A stretch of DNA of 64,000 bases from a candidate division FCPU426 bacterium (GTDB lineage: Bacteria; Oederibacteriota; Muellerivitia; Muellerivitales; Muellerivitaceae), in the NCBI GenBank assembly GCA_963771075.1, contig CAVYSE010000024.1, positions 115,867 to 179,866 of the forward strand, read 5' to 3'. A program made the position numbers and the translations under genes. Positions 60,213 to 64,000 of the stretch are shown in pieces. The notes under the pieces are model-generated. The model saw only the letters and a list, made by a program, of their open reading frames with translations, was not told the origin of the DNA and made no database searches. The stretch's first letter is position 1. Each line of letters starts with the position of its first letter.

Positions 60213-63200
60213 CTGGTCGCGATTGCTTGGAGCCTATGCGCAAGAGGGACAGGTGCCCGTAGAGCCCGATGTCGAGCGCATCGCGGCGCTTGGGTTGGAA
60301 CCCGTTCCCGCGCCGCGGTGATAAGCGAAACTCAGGACCGTGCGTCACGACCCTGAGAAGCTTGCCGCGGTCGGTCTGGGCATCGTCTCGATGCGAACCG
60401 TCGCAGGAATCGCGCAACGCTGGTCAAACCGGCGAGTCGCAGGTACCAGCCTGCCGCCACATTGAGCTGAGGCCTAATGCCGCGCTCTGTGGGTGAGCGT
60501 CAGATTTAGCTGGAACGGCTTTCCGGGTTCGACGTTCGCCGTGGACGCAACGTATGGTACCCGCTCGCCTGCACCGAGTAGTCGGCAATTCCACTGGGAA
60601 CCTCGATCGAGAACCGTCCGGCAGCGTCGAGTGAGTTACCGTTAAGACCGTGTCGATCGTAATGATTGCGCCGCTTACTGGGGCGCTGCGTCGTGGCATC
60701 GACGACGACACCCGTTACAGCTTGCGAATCCGGAAGCCGGCGGCAAAGCATCGCTATTGCATCCCGGCACGGCGAAGAGCAGCAACGCGATCGCAAGGTA
60801 GAGCGCGCCGGCGTTCGGTTTCAGATAGGCGAACTTCTTTGGCGCGCCGAAGCCACCGCTCCCTATGGCAAGCCCCGCCCCCGTCGTCCCCAAAACCGCC
60901 GCCTGCGCCTATTGCGAAAACGCGCTCGAAGCGATCGGCCGGACCCCGCTGGTCAAGCTCAACAAGGTCGTCGGAGCGGCGCAGCGTGTCTCCTGCTTGC
61001 AAAGGTTGAGTACGTCATCCGGGTGGAAACGTCAAGGACCGGCCGGCCGTCGCAATGCTCGATGCCGCGGAGCGCCAGAGGCCTTCTGCAGCCCGGCGGA
61101 GAACGATCGTCCGAACCGACGAGCGGCAACACCGGACCGGGCCTGGCAATGGCGGCGGCGATTCGCGGATACCGATGCGTCCTGCGTGATGCCCGATAAG
61201 ATCGCGCGGGAAAAGATACAGATTGTTGCGCGCCTACGGGGCAACGTGCGTCCTTACCCCCACGAAGGGGCTACGTCTCGGCCGGATTCACCTGAATCGT
61301 ATTACAGCGTCGCGAATCGGCTCGCACGGGATCGCAGGAGCCTTCCAGCCGAATCCAGTTTCACAATCGCTTCAACCCGGAAGCCCACTATCACACGACC
61401 GGCCCCGAGATTTGGAGCGGAGCGCGCGGCGAAATCACGCATTCGTCGCCGGAATCGGCACCGGCGGGACCATTTCGGGCACGGCGCGCTATCTCAAGGA
61501 GAAAAATCCGGCGATTCAGTCGTCGGCGCCGACCCCGAAGGCTCGATCTACTCGGCGACATGCCGCGCCGTATGCGGTCGAAGGGATTAAGGAATGAGTT
61601 ACCTTCCGCGAGACGGTGATCTGCGCGTAAATCGACGAGATAGAGGTACGCGTCTCCGATCGCGATTCGTTTCTCATGGCGCGCCGGATCGCGCGCGAGG
61701 AAGGCTTGCTCGTCGGTGGAGATCGTCGGGCACCGCCACCGTCGCGGCCGGGTCTGCAAGTTGGCAAAGACGCTCTCGCCCGATGCGATGCGTGGTCGTG
61801 AGATCCTGCCCGAATCCGGACGCGGGTACATGTCAAAGATCTTCAACGACAACTGGATGATCGCCAACGGGTTCCTGGCCGATTCCAAGCGCCGCGCGAC
61901 CGTCGGCGACATGTTGCGCGGCAACTCGCCCTTACCGCCGCTCATTACCGTGCAGCATGACGACACGGTCAAAACCGCGCTCGACCTTTTGCGCGATTCG
62001 AAATTTCACAATACCGGTGATGCGGGGACGCAGAGAGCAGGTCGGCAGCGTGAACGACATCGGGGTGATGCAGAGCGTCTTCGACCACGCCGACATCATC
62101 CATCAACCCGTCAGCGAGGTGATGGCGCGGCCGTTCCCGGCCTTGGAACAATCCGAGGAGATCGATCCGCGTACAAGCTCCTCACCCTCGCAAATCCCGC
62201 GATGACTGACCGCGAGCGGCGAGCCGATGGGCGTCTCCGCCCGCCAAGGATCGTCAGCTTCCTCTCAACCAGCTCCGACATAGTGCACAAATGAAGTTTG
62301 ACGACCAAGGCGATTCACGTCGGTCAAGCGGCCGACCCCGCAACCGGCGCCACATTGTTCCGATCTATAAGACGTCGACGTCACACGCAGACGCGAGTCG
62401 GCGAGCATAAGGGCTTCGACTACAGCCGAACGAATCAATCCGACGCGTCTCGCATTGGAACGGCAGCTGGCTTCATTAGAAGGAGCGCGCTACGGCAGCG
62501 CCTTCGCCAGCGGAATGGCAGCGACCGCAGCGGTGGTGGGGCTTCTCTCCGCGGGCGACCGCGGTCATCAGTGATGAGTCTACGGCGGAACGTATCGCCT
62601 CTTTGCGCGCATCTCACGGTACGGCCTCGAGTTTACCTACGTCGACATGACCGACCTCGAGGCAGTACGCGGCGCGCTGAAACCGGCCACGAAACTTTTT
62701 TCGATCGAGACCCCAACCAACCCACTGCTCCAAGCTCGTCGACATCGCGGCAATACGCATCGCTTCGGCGCCCGGAGCAGCTCGATGCCATCAACAACAC
62801 CTTTGCGACCCCGTATTTTCAGCAACCGCTCCACCCTCGGCGCGCAAATCGGTGGTGCACTCGACGACCAAGTATATCCGCGAGGTCACAGCGACGTGGT
62901 TGGCGGCATCGCGATAACCGACGACGCGGCGTGCACGAACAGATCCGCTTCGTGCAGGATGCCGCCGGCGGCGTCGCCGGACCGTACGATGCGTGGCTGA
63001 CGATGCGCGGAGCAAAGACGCTCTCGTGTGCGCATGCGCGAGCATGCTCGCAACGCGATCGTCGCCGAGTTTTTGGAATCGCGCGACGAGCGTCAGTCTC
63101 GTTCACTATCCCGGCTTGCGATCGCATCCGCAGTACGAGCTTGCGAAGCGCCGGGCATGAGCGGCTTTGGCGGCATGCTCTCGTTCAAGCTGTCAAGGGG

Positions 63201-64000
63201 GCGCGCGACGAGCGCTGGAGTTCGCAAGCCGTCTGAAAATTTTCAGCCTAGCCGAAAGTTTGGGCGGCGTCGAGTCGCTAAATCTTGTTCATCCAGGGCG
63301 CATGACGCACGGCTCGATTCCGGTCGCGGAGCGCGAGCGGGCGCGGCGTTACCGATGGGCTTCTTCGCCTATCAGTCGGGATCGAGGACGTCGGGCGGAT
63401 TTGCTCGACGACTCCGCGAAGCCCTCGAGGCTACGGCTGGTATAAGGGATAGCGAACTGCCGTCACCTGTTTGAGGGGCTTCGCGAGCCTCCTCGGCGGT
63501 GACGTCTCCAAGCCGTGCCGTTTCCGCGAGAAAACGACGCCGCGTTCTCCATCGGCCCAAGTGATCGCGTACTCTTTGCGCGCGTCGAAACCGCTTCCGT
63601 AGGCAACCCTCGACGTACGTTGCCGGCATCCCGTTGAGCAACGTCATAGCTGTCTGGTTTTTGAATCAGGGCGCCGTCTTGCGAACTCTGGGTCTGGCTT
63701 TCGAACTGCGCTTCCCATTGATTGGGAAAAAGTTGCGGTTGAAGGCGCGAGCTGATGTACCGGACATCCTCCTGGCCCGGCCGTAACACCCACGTGGCAA
63801 CTGTAACTCGGATCGTTCACCCAGCTCGTTGAGCGAGACTTCTCGACGCGCGGCCAAATACACCGTCGGCGGAGCCGTAAACGTCATGCCCGGGATCGGT
63901 GTAGGTGTGCGGGTCAGGCGCCGGTGTGGGGGGCGGGGGATTCTGCACGAGCACCGGCGCTCCGCGGTTGAGGCCCAGCAGCAGAGCAAAGAGAGCGATA
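60213..64000 (+). repeat. Inverted, diverged copy of 56435-60205 (yvcK end, lipoprotein, cbs 60865-62294, metB 62291-63445, hypothetical)
   Basis: Same genes in mirror order, axis near 60209, dense indels. Confidence 0.9.

Noticed and set aside
53550..64000. Programmed frameshifting or mass pseudogenisation
   Set aside because: Indels are dense, differ between the two arms and hit housekeeping genes; sequencing error is the simpler explanation.

Overview
The window has three parts. (1) 1-15.5 kb: the end of a GH130-type glycoside phosphorylase, a cluster of small stress genes (3 rhodaneses, cupin, PRC-barrel, SPFH, DUF2934, Fe/Mn-SOD-like, STAS, pirin) with six sigma54-type -24/-12 motifs, then secreted WG-repeat, FecR and TPR proteins. 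(2) 15.5-53.5 kb: an accessory island with 8 toxin-antitoxin pairs, Fic, an HNH nuclease, an M48 peptidase, many truncated gene fragments, and Thr/Pro-rich exported proteins with a shared C-terminal domain block. Its intergenic spacers are built from several families of short structured repeats. The most striking is a ~65-nt two-hairpin unit with about 25-30 copies, confined to 15.5-44 kb. Its stems covary, it carries a tandem GA/GA internal loop, and it occurs singly, in tandem arrays, nested inside its own loop and at gene truncation points. No integrase or intact transposase was seen in the window. (3) 53.55-64 kb: sequence of different composition, full of frameshifts (APC permease/GH35, esterase, cystathionine gamma-lyase/synthase, cystathionine beta-synthase, yvcK end), folded back on itself near 60.2 kb; most likely a chimeric or noisy assembly. 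Family assignments come from motif recognition only; no searches were run.
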